DNA from: Gemmatimonadota bacterium | Lineage (GTDB): Bacteria; Gemmatimonadota; Gemmatimonadetes; Gemmatimonadales; GWC2-71-9 | Length of the DNA stretch: 64,000 nt | Assembly: GCA_036679605.1 (NCBI GenBank) | Contig: JAZDCZ010000243.1 | Coordinates: 1-64,000, forward strand | Reading direction: 5' to 3' | Shown: one piece after another, positions 1-9,257 of the stretch | How the letters are laid out: each line of letters starts with the position of its first letter | Numbering within the stretch: position 1 is the stretch's first letter | The notes under the pieces: model-generated | Database searches by the model: none | Told to the model about the DNA's origin: nothing | What the model saw: only the letters and a program-made list of their open reading frames with translations | Translations under genes and position numbers: made by a program

Positions 1-91
1 CGGTGCAAACGGGCACCGATCAGAGTGCGGATGGTAGCCAATCGATGAGCACAGGCGTAGCCGCCACGTCGGCGAACTTGACAACTTGGCC

Positions 92-126
92 TTCTCATGG
101 TAGCGCGCGTTTTCCAACGCGCGAAC
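92..126 (+). repeat. GTAG-tagged REP-like palindrome, copy 1
   Basis: GTAG followed by CGCGCGTT-TTCC-AACGCGCG; related copies at 1459-1482 and 2017-2051. Confidence 0.7.
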
Positions 127-252
127 AGACACGACCAGCGCAAGGTGATGGTCGGGCGGGGCCGGTAGGTTGCGCTGGCGGGCCCAGTGGTGAAATCTTC
201 TAGGGGTACTGCGATGTGACCACTCGCGCCGCTTGCGCAACTGGAGGTAACA

Positions 253-1422
253 ATGAACACGAAGCTGGGAGTTTCCCGTCGGCAATTCCTGGGTGGAACT
301 GCAGCAACGTTGGGCTATCTGGGTGCGTACCCGGCCAATCTGTGGGCTGAGGAGTCGAACGGGAGTGCGAGTGCACTGCCGGGTCTGCGCCTTCTCGAGA
401 ATGAGGCGGACGAGTACGACGCCTTGGTCAAACTCCACTTCAACGAGAATCCGTACGGCCCGTCAGAATCGGTGCTCGCGGCAATGAACAAGGCGTTCAA
501 GTACTCCATGCGGTATGGCTACCCGGACGGAGGCATAGTGTCTGCGATCGCCGAACACCACGGAGTTAAAGAGGAAAACATCATCCTCGGTGCGGGGTCC
601 GGAGAGATCCTGGAAGTGGTGGGGCTCACGTTCCTGGAGCACGGCAAGAAGGTTGTCGGAGTAGATCCCACATACGGATCGGTGTATCGCCACGCAAGCG
701 GGATCGACGCGGACGCCATCAGGCTGCCGCTATTGGACGATTACCGGCAGGACATCCCGGCGATGATCGATGCCACCAAGAAACACTACCGCGAAGTCGG
801 GTTCGTCTATTTGTGCAACCCTAATAATCCAACCGGTCGGACCGTCACGAGCGATGAGGTGCGGCAGCTACTCGACGGGATCCCCGAGGACGTGCCGGTC
901 CTGATCGACGAGGCGTATCACCACTTTGTCGAGGATCCGAAGTACGCCACATCCATCCCCTACGTGCTCGAGGGACGCCAGGTCATCGTCACACGCACGT
1001 TCTCAAAGATCTTTGGCATGGCTGGGATTCGCATCGGCTTCGGGATCGCGCCGCCGGAGTTGATCAAGCGGATGCGTCCCTATAGCACGGGAAGCGTGAA
1101 CGCGCTTGCAAAGTGGGGCGCCGCCGCGGCATTGGTGGATACCAGTGCGCAGCAACGTGTCCGCAAGGTCACGCTCGACGTGAGAAAGAAAACCATGAGC
1201 GAACTCGAAGGTTTGGGCTACAGCGTCATCCCGTCTGAGACCAACTTCTTTATGGTTGAGACGGGCCGCCCGGTAAAGGAAGTTGGAGATGCGTTCCGCA
1301 AGCGGGGCATCGCTGTTGGACGGCCGTTCCCGCCGATGCTGGAACATTTGCGAGTGTCGGTCGGCACAGAGCGGGATATGGACCGATTCATGACCACCTT
1401 CAGGGAGATATTCTCGGCATAA
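253..1422 (+). CDS. Tat-exported PLP-dependent aminotransferase class I/II (HisC-like)
   Basis: SRRQFL Tat motif; FNENPYGP, CNPNNPTG, DEAY, RTFSK (PLP lysine); GGAGG RBS. Confidence 0.9.
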   Translation: MNTKLGVSRRQFLGGTAATLGYLGAYPANLWAEESNGSASALPGLRLLENEADEYDALVKLHFNENPYGPSESVLAAMNKAFKYSMRYGYPDGGIVSAIAEHHGVKEENIILGAGSGEILEVVGLTFLEHGKKVVGVDPTYGSVYRHASGIDADAIRLPLLDDYRQDIPAMIDATKKHYREVGFVYLCNPNNPTGRTVTSDEVRQLLDGIPEDVPVLIDEAYHHFVEDPKYATSIPYVLEGRQVIVTRTFSKIFGMAGIRIGFGIAPPELIKRMRPYSTGSVNALAKWGAAAALVDTSAQQRVRKVTLDVRKKTMSELEGLGYSVIPSETNFFMVETGRPVKEVGDAFRKRGIAVGRPFPPMLEHLRVSVGTERDMDRFMTTFREIFSA

Positions 1423-1458
1423 ACTCCCTTTAGGGTCATTCAGCGCGGAGCGCTGCCG

Positions 1459-1482
1459 AGCGCGCGTTTTCCAACGCGCGAA
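1459..1482 (+). repeat. REP-like palindrome, copy 2
   Basis: AGCGCGCGTTTTCCAACGCGCGAA, identical to the core of copy 1; lies between convergent ORFs. Confidence 0.7.
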
Positions 1483-1500
1483 ACTACGTGAGTTGACCTT

Positions 1501-1743
1501 CTAAATGCCAGGACCCCACAGATCGCGCGCCCGATCGCGATATGATCGGCTGAGGAACAACTCGGTTCCATCTTGAAGGAGAACCTGGTAATCACCTCGC
1601 GCCCACGGGCGTAGCTCAGTGACACGGTCGACATTAACGATCGTAGATCTGTGTATACGTGGCAATTGGGTTGGATCGAGTATCCCCGCCAGATGTGACA
1701 TCGTCTCGCGCAACAGGTATGCTGATGGTCCAACATGTACCCG
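1501..1743 (-). pseudogene. LytTR DNA-binding domain remnant (5'-truncated)
   Basis: RVHVGPSAYLLRETMSHL...RIHRSTIVNVDRV...LSRSYR is a typical LytTR C-terminus; in-frame TAA TGA directly upstream; no receiver domain. Confidence 0.75.
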
Positions 1744-2016
1744 TCATTATGACGACCTTTCCGATCTTTGCCAAGCGAGTCATTGCGATCCTCCGATAAA
1801 TCGAGAGTGGCTCGAGCTGTGAGCACGCGGTCAGTACGACGCTGACGATCTCATGGAGGGTCGCCCTGTGAGGTTCTGCTTAGAAGAAGTTTGTGGCGGG
1901 TCGGACTATGACACAGCAGTTGGGACATGGCTGTGGTGAACCGGCGTACTGAGAAGCAGTTTGGAGCCATAGCCTCGCCGTCGTTGACGAGGCGGGCCCA
2001 AGGAGATGTTCCGGCG

Positions 2017-2051
2017 TTCTCATTGTAGCGCGCGTTTTCTAACTCGCGAAC
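2017..2051 (+). repeat. REP-like palindrome, copy 3 (degenerate)
   Basis: 32 of 35 nt identical to 92-126. Confidence 0.65.
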
Positions 2052-2104
2052 ATGCTCGGGTCGCTGGTTCCCCGGCACATTCGTAGTCTAGCTTCTAGTT
2101 GGGG

Positions 2105-2278
2105 CTACCGACTCCAATACCAGACCGTCACGACTCCGTCCTCTTTGTCCTCTGAATGGGAGATGCTGATCAGCCGCTCCTTCTCGATACCCGAGGCGAA
2201 CTCTGCTGCCTCGTCGAAGAGCGTCTGCCAGCGCTTGAGTATTCCTCGAAACAACTTGTACTCTACTTTGGACTTCAT
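2105..2278 (-). CDS. Small hypothetical protein (57 aa), absent from the ORF track
   Basis: GGAG RBS, ATG at 2278; MKSKVEYKLFRGILKRWQTLFDEAAEFASGIEKERLISISHSEDKEDGVVTVWYWSR; more protein-like than the overlapping ORF-track calls. Confidence 0.7.
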   Translation of the reverse strand: MKSKVEYKLFRGILKRWQTLFDEAAEFASGIEKERLISISHSEDKEDGVVTVWYWSR

Positions 2279-2402
2279 CTTTGCTCCACGTCAACGGTTC
2301 TCGAGCTGATGCTCGGGTCGATACCGGTGCTCTAGTGTTTTCGTGCGAAAGGGCCGAGAGCATGCGTACTCGGGCTGTCCTTGCCCGTCGTCGACAAGTT
2401 CT

Positions 2403-5400
2403 CTAGCTAATCCCCCTCTTCTTCCAATCGGCGATGATCTTGGGTGCATCCTCGAGGAGTCGGTTTAGGTCGCCGATGACGCCATCGATTATCACCGTCA
2501 ATTCCTGCGCTCGTACCGCCGCCGCTTTCTCGACCTCAGTTAGAACTTCGAGTTGGCCGTCGGTGGGTCGCGCTTGCGCCCCCTGGAAACCGCGTGCGGC
2601 GAACCGGAGCTGCTCGAGCAGTCGGGGCCAGTCGCGATAGCCCATGCTCCCCGGCGGTCGCCTGACTTCGGCGGACAACGCGGTCAACTTACCCTTAGCG
2701 TCGCGTGCGGTTCGCCGAATCTCCCTCTCGTTAGAGAGTTCCTTTCCGGTGATCGATTCGAGCAAGCCGTCGATCTGCTTGTCGAGATCGTTCATCGTCC
2801 CGACCATCTGATTGAGTTCGCTCTGTAGATCACGGGCTCGCATCGCCGCCGTGAAGCGCGCCTCGTAGTCTGCTCGCGACGCGCCCACGGTCGGGTCGCC
2901 ACGGAGTTGGAATTCGGTCGATAGTTCCTGGCCGGCAACCATGACGGTTGCCGTGTACGTGCCGGGCACCGCGGGCGGTCCTTGGGGAGCGAAGTTGAAG
3001 AAACCGCCGCCTCTGCCACCCTGCCGCTGTCCCGGAATTGGGTCAGCGCCCTTCCAGCTGAGATTCCAGATAGCCCGGTTCATGCCCGCGCTCGCGTTTC
3101 GATCCTGCAACTCGTTGACCAGCGTTCCGCTTGCGTCCGTAATGCGGATAGTTACGCCGCCACCGTTCGCACCACGTCGGGGCCCCGCTCGACGTGCACC
3201 CCGATTGGGTGGGCCGGAACGGTTGGCTGCCGCAGCGCTACCGTTTGAACCGCCCGCTCCATCATCTGCTACGCTCGCACCTCCAAGTTGAGCAGCCGTC
3301 TGTTCCGAGAGATAGTAGTTGATCCAAGCCCCGGAGCGTGGATTCGTTCCTGTGAAGATACTTTGGCCCAAGCTGCTGCCGCGGCTCCAGCTCTCCCACG
3401 CCGTAGCCGTGCGCGCCTGGAAGACATGTGCTTCCTTCTCGAGTGCGGCGGCGAGTTCCACCATCGGCTGGATGTCATCCAGAATCCAGGCGCCGCGCCC
3501 GTGTGTGCCGATCACGAGATCGTTGTACTGTCGCTGAACGCGAATACCGCGTACCGAAACACGCGGAAGGTTGCCCCTGATGCTCACCCATGTCTTGCCC
3601 CGGTCCCAGGAGCCGTAAATTCCACGCTCCATCCCGACGAACAACAAATTCGGATTGGCCGGATGTTGCCGGATCACTTTTACGTAGTCGTTTTGCGGGA
3701 GTCCGGCTGCGAGATCACGCCACGATTGCCCATAGTCACGAGTCTCATAGAGGTGCGGGGTGAAGTCGTTCAGCCGGTGGTTGTCGACCGCCATGAACGC
3801 TGTGCCCGTCTCAGTCGGCGACGCTTCGATGTTGCCGATCCAGGTCTCGGCCGGAAGTCCCTTTACACGGTCTCGTACATTTGTCCAGTTAGCACCGTTG
3901 TCGCGACTGATCTGTACGTTGCCGTCGTCGGTCCCCACCCACAGCACGCCCTGTTCCACCGGCGATTCAGCGATTGCGAGGATGGTGGTGTGAAATTCCG
4001 CGGCGGTGTTGTCGTTGTAGATCTCACCACCGGAGTCGCGCTGCTTCTCGGGATCGTTGGTTGTCAGGTCCGGGCTGACGACGTCCCAACTGAAGCCATA
4101 GTCGCTGCTCCGAAAGAGCACGTTGCCGCCCCAATACACGACGCCCGCATCATGCGGCGAGATGTAAATCGGTGCGTCCCAATTGAACCGGTACTTGGCC
4201 TGCGCCATCGACTGGCCCTGGGATCCCACCATCCACGGGTACGGCTCAATAGAACGCGTTTGACCGGACTTGGTGTCGGTGATCCGGAAGTAGCCACCCT
4301 GAGCATTCGAGTAGACGAGATTGGGCTGGCCAGGCACGGGTACGGTAAAGAACCCATCGCCACCGCTCACCGTGTACCACTCACCGGCCATGATGCCACG
4401 ATCTTTCGAACGCGACGGACCGCACCAGTTACCGTTGTCCTGCAATCCGCCGCAGACGTAATAAGGGTCGCGATCGTCAACGAACACGTGGTAGTACTGC
4501 GCGAGGCTGACGTTGCGCATGATGTGGAAGTTGGCGCCACCGTCGTAGCTCACCTGCATCCCACCGTCACTGCCCGACAAAACGTGTTCACCGTCGGCCG
4601 GATCGATCCAGAACGACTGGTGGTCGCCATGCACACCACGTGCGATGCGCTGGAACGTGCGACCGCCGTCGGTGGACTTGGAGAGACCACCCGACAGCGT
4701 GAAGAGTGTCTCATGGTCGCTCGGGTCGACGAATACATCCGAGTAGTAGAACGGCCGGAAGTTTATTTGGGTCTTGTTGTCGTTTATCATGTCCCACGTT
4801 TCGCCGTAGTCCTCCGAGCGGAACAGCGAGCCGGCCGTCGGATACTCCGTGATCAGATAGACGATGTTGGGTCGTGACTGCGCGACGCTCAGTCCGATTC
4901 GGGCCATAGGTTCTTTGGGCGTGGTTGTGATCTTCTTCCAGGTGTCACCGCCGTCGCGCGATACGTACAAGGCCGTTTCTTTGCCGCCGTCGTCGAACCG
5001 CCACGGGCGGCGCCGGAAGGTCCACATGCCGGCGTAGACATTGCGGGGATTCGAGAGATCGATATCCATGTCGGAACAGCCGGTGTCCTGGTCGATGTAC
5101 AGCACCTTGGTCCAGTTCTTACCGCCGTCGGTTGTCTTGAAGACGCCGCGCTGTTCGTTCGGTCCCCATTGGTGGCCGAGCGCACAGACCAGTGCAACGT
5201 CGGGGTCACGCGGGTCGACGACGATACGCTTGATGCGTTCGGTATTCTCTAACCCCAGGTGGGTCCACGTATGCCCGCCGTCGGTAGAGCGCCACACGCC
5301 CAGTCCGTATGAGACAGAGTTGCGAGGGTCGCCTTCGCCCGAGCCCAGCCAGATCACGTTGTAGTCCGAGGGCGCAAGCGCTAGAGCGCCTACCGAGTAG

Positions 5401-5678
5401 GCCTCTTCGTCCTGCCACTGGCCTTCGAACGTCGTGCCGCTGTTCGTGCTCTTCCACACGCCGCCATCCGCGCCGCCTACCCAGAATGTCTTGGGATCAC
5501 CCGGCACTCCTACGATGGCAGAGGTTCTGCCGCCCATGTTGACCGGGCCAATGTGGCGCCATTCGATGTCGCCCAGGGCTTTGGATATCGTCTCGGGATT
5601 TTGCGCTGCGATTGTCTGAGCCGGCAGTGCTGCGACCGCGAGACCTACGACGAGTGAACGGATCCGATTGCTGAGCAT
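2403..5678 (-). CDS. Exported BNR/Asp-box (VPS10/sortilin-like) beta-propeller protein, glycosyl-hydrolase-like
   Basis: Signal peptide; many S/T-x-D-G-G-x-T-W Asp-boxes; WRHIGP..GGR N-terminus; GTHGRG; C-terminal coiled coil. Confidence 0.85.
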   Translation of the reverse strand: MLSNRIRSLVVGLAVAALPAQTIAAQNPETISKALGDIEWRHIGPVNMGGRTSAIVGVPGDPKTFWVGGADGGVWKSTNSGTTFEGQWQDEEAYSVGALALAPSDYNVIWLGSGEGDPRNSVSYGLGVWRSTDGGHTWTHLGLENTERIKRIVVDPRDPDVALVCALGHQWGPNEQRGVFKTTDGGKNWTKVLYIDQDTGCSDMDIDLSNPRNVYAGMWTFRRRPWRFDDGGKETALYVSRDGGDTWKKITTTPKEPMARIGLSVAQSRPNIVYLITEYPTAGSLFRSEDYGETWDMINDNKTQINFRPFYYSDVFVDPSDHETLFTLSGGLSKSTDGGRTFQRIARGVHGDHQSFWIDPADGEHVLSGSDGGMQVSYDGGANFHIMRNVSLAQYYHVFVDDRDPYYVCGGLQDNGNWCGPSRSKDRGIMAGEWYTVSGGDGFFTVPVPGQPNLVYSNAQGGYFRITDTKSGQTRSIEPYPWMVGSQGQSMAQAKYRFNWDAPIYISPHDAGVVYWGGNVLFRSSDYGFSWDVVSPDLTTNDPEKQRDSGGEIYNDNTAAEFHTTILAIAESPVEQGVLWVGTDDGNVQISRDNGANWTNVRDRVKGLPAETWIGNIEASPTETGTAFMAVDNHRLNDFTPHLYETRDYGQSWRDLAAGLPQNDYVKVIRQHPANPNLLFVGMERGIYGSWDRGKTWVSIRGNLPRVSVRGIRVQRQYNDLVIGTHGRGAWILDDIQPMVELAAALEKEAHVFQARTATAWESWSRGSSLGQSIFTGTNPRSGAWINYYLSEQTAAQLGGASVADDGAGGSNGSAAAANRSGPPNRGARRAGPRRGANGGGVTIRITDASGTLVNELQDRNASAGMNRAIWNLSWKGADPIPGQRQGGRGGGFFNFAPQGPPAVPGTYTATVMVAGQELSTEFQLRGDPTVGASRADYEARFTAAMRARDLQSELNQMVGTMNDLDKQIDGLLESITGKELSNEREIRRTARDAKGKLTALSAEVRRPPGSMGYRDWPRLLEQLRFAARGFQGAQARPTDGQLEVLTEVEKAAAVRAQELTVIIDGVIGDLNRLLEDAPKIIADWKKRGIS

Positions 5679-5956
5679 AATCCCTCTCCCTTGGAGCATT
5701 TATCTGGCTTGTGGCAGACCGATAGGGGTATAAGAACGCGGTGGTGCGGCTAGGTCAAGGATTGAGGTCTATTCATGGTTCCCGGCGGCAGAACCGGGTG
5801 TTTGTGGACGGCCGTGCTTTCGCTGGGCGCCGGCGCTACCATTAGGTTAGTCGGCCCTGACAGCCAAGGCTGTGCCGATCCTGCCTATCACCCCGAAACT
5901 CCTCGGGTGCTCGCCCGTAAGGTCCCAAAACCCACATGCTTCCCAGGGATCAAGAT

Positions 5957-8386
5957 ATGCGCTCCTTACTCCAAGACCTTCGGTTGAGCTTCCGTACCCT
6001 GAAGAAAGAGCCTCTATCCGCCGTCATTACCAGCGTCACGCTGGCGCTCGGCATCGGGCTCTGCACGATTTCGTTCAGCCTGGTCTACGGGCTCTTTTTC
6101 CGGGGTCATGACGTTCCCGAGCCAGGTCGCCTAACGCTGATCTACCGCACGAATCCGTCGCGCGACATCGATTTTATGAGCGCGACGATGTACGACTTCT
6201 ACGACTGGAGAGAGCAGCAGACATCGTTCGAAGGCATCGCGCGGTATAGCGGTGGGACGATCAACGTCAGCGGCGTCGAAGGCCCCGAGCGGTTTGATGG
6301 CGCCTTCGTGTCGGCCAACATCTTTGATGTGCTGCAGGTTAGGCCCATCCTGGGAAGCACGTTCCGCCCGGGGGATGACGAGCCCGGCGCACCGATGACG
6401 GTCGTGCTCGGGCACAAGATGTGGGAAGAGCGTTACGAGTCGGACCCGAACATCGCGGGAAGGTCGATCAAGGTGAACGGCGAGGCGGCCACGATTCTGG
6501 GAGTAATGGAGAAGGGGTTCATGTTCCCGACAGATCAAGAAATCTGGGTCATTCGCCGGGACGACCGCAGTGAGACGACCCGGGACAACAGTACGACATT
6601 CAATGCGTTCGGCCGCCTAAAGGACGGCGTGACGCTTGACCAAGCCGGCTTGAAGTTGACACTAATTGCCGAGCGTCTCGCCCAGGAATACCCAGAAACG
6701 AACGAAGGAGTCTCCATCCGTTTCCGTTCCTTCGTTGAGCAGGACACGGGGCCGGAGCTGGTAGCGGTCTTCAGTGCGATGCAAGTTGCGACGATCCTAG
6801 TGCTGCTCATCGCGTGCGCAAACGTTGCCAATTTGCTCATGGCGCGAGCCACGCTCCGTACCCGCGAAGCCGCCGTACGATCGGCGCTCGGTGCCTCACG
6901 ACTCCGTGTCGTGCTGCCGTTCTTTGCCGAAACTACCATCCTCGCAGGTGTCGGAGCGCTCCTCGGCATGGGCGTAGCCTACGTTGGCGTCAACCTCTTC
7001 GACAGCGCCACACAAGGGAAGGGGAAACCTTACTACATGGACTTCGCGATCGACCTGCCGATCATGGCGTTTGTCATCGGTATCGTCGTGTTTACCGCGA
7101 TCGTTGCTGGTGCGGCGCCGGCATGGCAGGTCTTGAAAACCGATGTCAACGCAACGCTCAAAGACGAGATGCGTGGCTCTTCGGGAATCCTCGGCAACAA
7201 GTTGACGGGAATACTAGTCACCGCCGAGATCGCGCTGTCGTGTGCGTTGCTGGTCGGTGCCGGTCTGATGGTGAAGAGTATCGTTAAGCTCAGCACTTTC
7301 GATTTCCCGTACGCAACCGAGACCGTCTTTACCGCGCGTATCGGACTGTTCGATACCGATTACCCGACGCCCGAAGCCCGACGTCAGTTCTTCCTCGACT
7401 TGACCGAGCGGCTCGAAGCCATGCCGGGCGCGCGATCGGTGTCGCTGACCACGAATCTGCCCGTCTCGATTGGAGGTCGGAGCATCGGCATCGAAGGAGA
7501 AACATACCTCACGAGGCAGGACTATCCCGAGGCGCGTAACTCTACCGTCGCGCCAAACTTCTTCGAGACGTTTGATGTTGACATCATTGCGGGTCGCGAT
7601 TTCCGGAGAAGTGACGATGCGGAGGCCCCGCCCGTTGCGATTGTGAACGAACCGTTCGCCCGCCATTTCTTCCCCGACCGCGACCCAATCGGTCAGCGGT
7701 TTGCCGAGTTTGCAAGCCGTGACAGCCTCGGCGCATGGAAAACGATTGTGGGGGTCGTGCCGGATCTGCGAATGGAAGGGTTCGACCCAGATCGACCGGA
7801 CCCGTGGGGCTACTACGTACCTACGACCCAACGGGACATCCGGTTCATGAGCCTGGCAGTGAAGGCTGCGACCGGCGTCAGCGCCGTGGGACTGACTCCG
7901 GCGGTGCGGAAGGTGCTACGAGGGATCGACCCGAACCTTCCGATGTACAATATTGATTCCATGCAGGGGGTCATCGATGATGGCTCGTGGTTCTACCGAG
8001 TATTTGGCACACTGTTCATCGTGTTCGGAGCTGCTGCCCTATTCATGGCCACCGTGGGCCTCTACGGTGTGCTGTCTTTCTCGGTCAGTCGCCGCCTCAA
8101 GGAGATGGGCATTCGAATGGCCTTGGGTGCCAGTGCACAGGACATCGTCGGATTGGTGGTGTGGCAGGGTGGCAAACAGATCGTGGTCGGACTTGCCCTT
8201 GGACTCGTAATGGCCTTTGGGGTGACCCGCGTCATTGGTATCCTGATGTTTGAGGTGACGCCGCAAGACCCGCCGGTGTTTACGATCGTGTTCGTCACAA
8301 TCGCGCTGGTAGGATTCCTCGCGAGCCTGATACCGGCCCGACGGGCGACCGCCGTCAGTCCAATCGTCGCGCTCAGGTACGAGTAG
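5957..8386 (+). CDS. MacB/FtsX-family duplicated ABC permease (ADOP type), no adjacent ATPase
   Basis: QDLRLSFRTL start, LIACANVANLL, two EMGIRMALGA-type motifs, PARRA..V.P..ALRYE end. Confidence 0.9.
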   Translation: MRSLLQDLRLSFRTLKKEPLSAVITSVTLALGIGLCTISFSLVYGLFFRGHDVPEPGRLTLIYRTNPSRDIDFMSATMYDFYDWREQQTSFEGIARYSGGTINVSGVEGPERFDGAFVSANIFDVLQVRPILGSTFRPGDDEPGAPMTVVLGHKMWEERYESDPNIAGRSIKVNGEAATILGVMEKGFMFPTDQEIWVIRRDDRSETTRDNSTTFNAFGRLKDGVTLDQAGLKLTLIAERLAQEYPETNEGVSIRFRSFVEQDTGPELVAVFSAMQVATILVLLIACANVANLLMARATLRTREAAVRSALGASRLRVVLPFFAETTILAGVGALLGMGVAYVGVNLFDSATQGKGKPYYMDFAIDLPIMAFVIGIVVFTAIVAGAAPAWQVLKTDVNATLKDEMRGSSGILGNKLTGILVTAEIALSCALLVGAGLMVKSIVKLSTFDFPYATETVFTARIGLFDTDYPTPEARRQFFLDLTERLEAMPGARSVSLTTNLPVSIGGRSIGIEGETYLTRQDYPEARNSTVAPNFFETFDVDIIAGRDFRRSDDAEAPPVAIVNEPFARHFFPDRDPIGQRFAEFASRDSLGAWKTIVGVVPDLRMEGFDPDRPDPWGYYVPTTQRDIRFMSLAVKAATGVSAVGLTPAVRKVLRGIDPNLPMYNIDSMQGVIDDGSWFYRVFGTLFIVFGAAALFMATVGLYGVLSFSVSRRLKEMGIRMALGASAQDIVGLVVWQGGKQIVVGLALGLVMAFGVTRVIGILMFEVTPQDPPVFTIVFVTIALVGFLASLIPARRATAVSPIVALRYE

Positions 8387-8514
8387 TGTGAGCACGAATA
8401 CATGACGCGCGATCAAATGCGTGTGAACCTGGGATGTACACTGCGATGTTGGTGGAGTTGGCAGGGCAGCGATAGGCGGCCTGGAACTCACGACGACGTA
8501 GAGGAGTGCGGTAG

Positions 8515-8550
8515 AAAAGGGCCGTAACTGGTGCAAGCTACGGCCCTTTT
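8515..8550. terminator. Bidirectional intrinsic terminator
   Basis: AAAAGGGCCGTA-12 nt-TACGGCCCTTTT between convergent genes. Confidence 0.75.
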
Positions 8551-8558
8551 GTTACCGT

Positions 8559-9053
8559 CTAATTTTGCCGACCGCCCGGCTTCTTTTTGTGCTCCATCTT
8601 GCCGTCGTCGTCATGCCCCGGCATCTCGCCATGGCCCATCTTCTCCATCCGTTCGTGTGCGTACGCCGTAAATCTCTCTAGCTGTTCCTTGCTCAGCACC
8701 TCTGCAAGGGCTGCGTGGTGCTGCTGCATCGTCTCGTGTATTTCTTGCAATGCAGTGTGATATTTTTCCTTGTCCGTGTCGGAGACATGTTCCTTCTCTG
8801 AATTCTCGAGTCGAGCCAGGTGAGTCAATGCCGCATTGATGCCTTCAACATGCGGAGCGAGGGAATGCTTGGTGGCAGCATCGAGCCCCAACTGGTGTGC
8901 TACGCTGTCCAGCACGATAGCTGGACCATGCATCGCCATCTGGTTCGCATGTTCCGCGCGCTCCTTGTGCTCTGCCTCGCCGTGCCCGTGCTGCGCTAGG
9001 GCTGGAGCGACCAACAGCGTGGCCAGGGCAATGGTCACAAAAGGTGTTCTCAT
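8559..9053 (-). CDS. Exported His/Met-rich helical protein (Spy/CpxP-like, possibly metal binding)
   Basis: Signal peptide ending ALA; very His-rich; VLSKEQ resembles LTxxQ; AGGAG RBS. Confidence 0.7.
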   Translation of the reverse strand: MRTPFVTIALATLLVAPALAQHGHGEAEHKERAEHANQMAMHGPAIVLDSVAHQLGLDAATKHSLAPHVEGINAALTHLARLENSEKEHVSDTDKEKYHTALQEIHETMQQHHAALAEVLSKEQLERFTAYAHERMEKMGHGEMPGHDDDGKMEHKKKPGGRQN

Positions 9054-9257
9054 CGTTGTTCTCCTTCTTCCTGTGACGGGAAGGTAATTTCCAAAGACGG
9101 GGGTCCAATCAATTCACAATCTAACGACTGCGACCCGACAATCGGTAGTCTGCCCAAGGTAGGGCTCGACGTCCAGGCTGCCGGCTTCTTTCATTGCGGT
9201 TATTTTCCGAACTTGAGAACCAGGCCACGTTCCGTGGTGCGAGAATAGGAGCGGCAA

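Noticed and set aside
253..1422. Gene symbol hisC
   Set aside because: The Tat signal and lack of his-operon context argue against the biosynthetic enzyme
2030..2104. Integron attC site after the 57-aa gene
   Set aside because: AAC and GTT ends are present, but the inner boxes are not complementary and the GTT belongs to the REP-like palindrome
2052..2363. ORF-track calls 2052-2309(+) and 2088-2363(-)
   Set aside because: They overlap the better-supported 2105-2278 gene, which has an RBS and protein-like composition
3288..4877. 529-aa plus-strand ORF, and other long antisense or alternative-frame ORFs such as 12766-13803 and 10854-11942
   Set aside because: Shadows of well-supported genes in GC-rich DNA; no recognisable motifs
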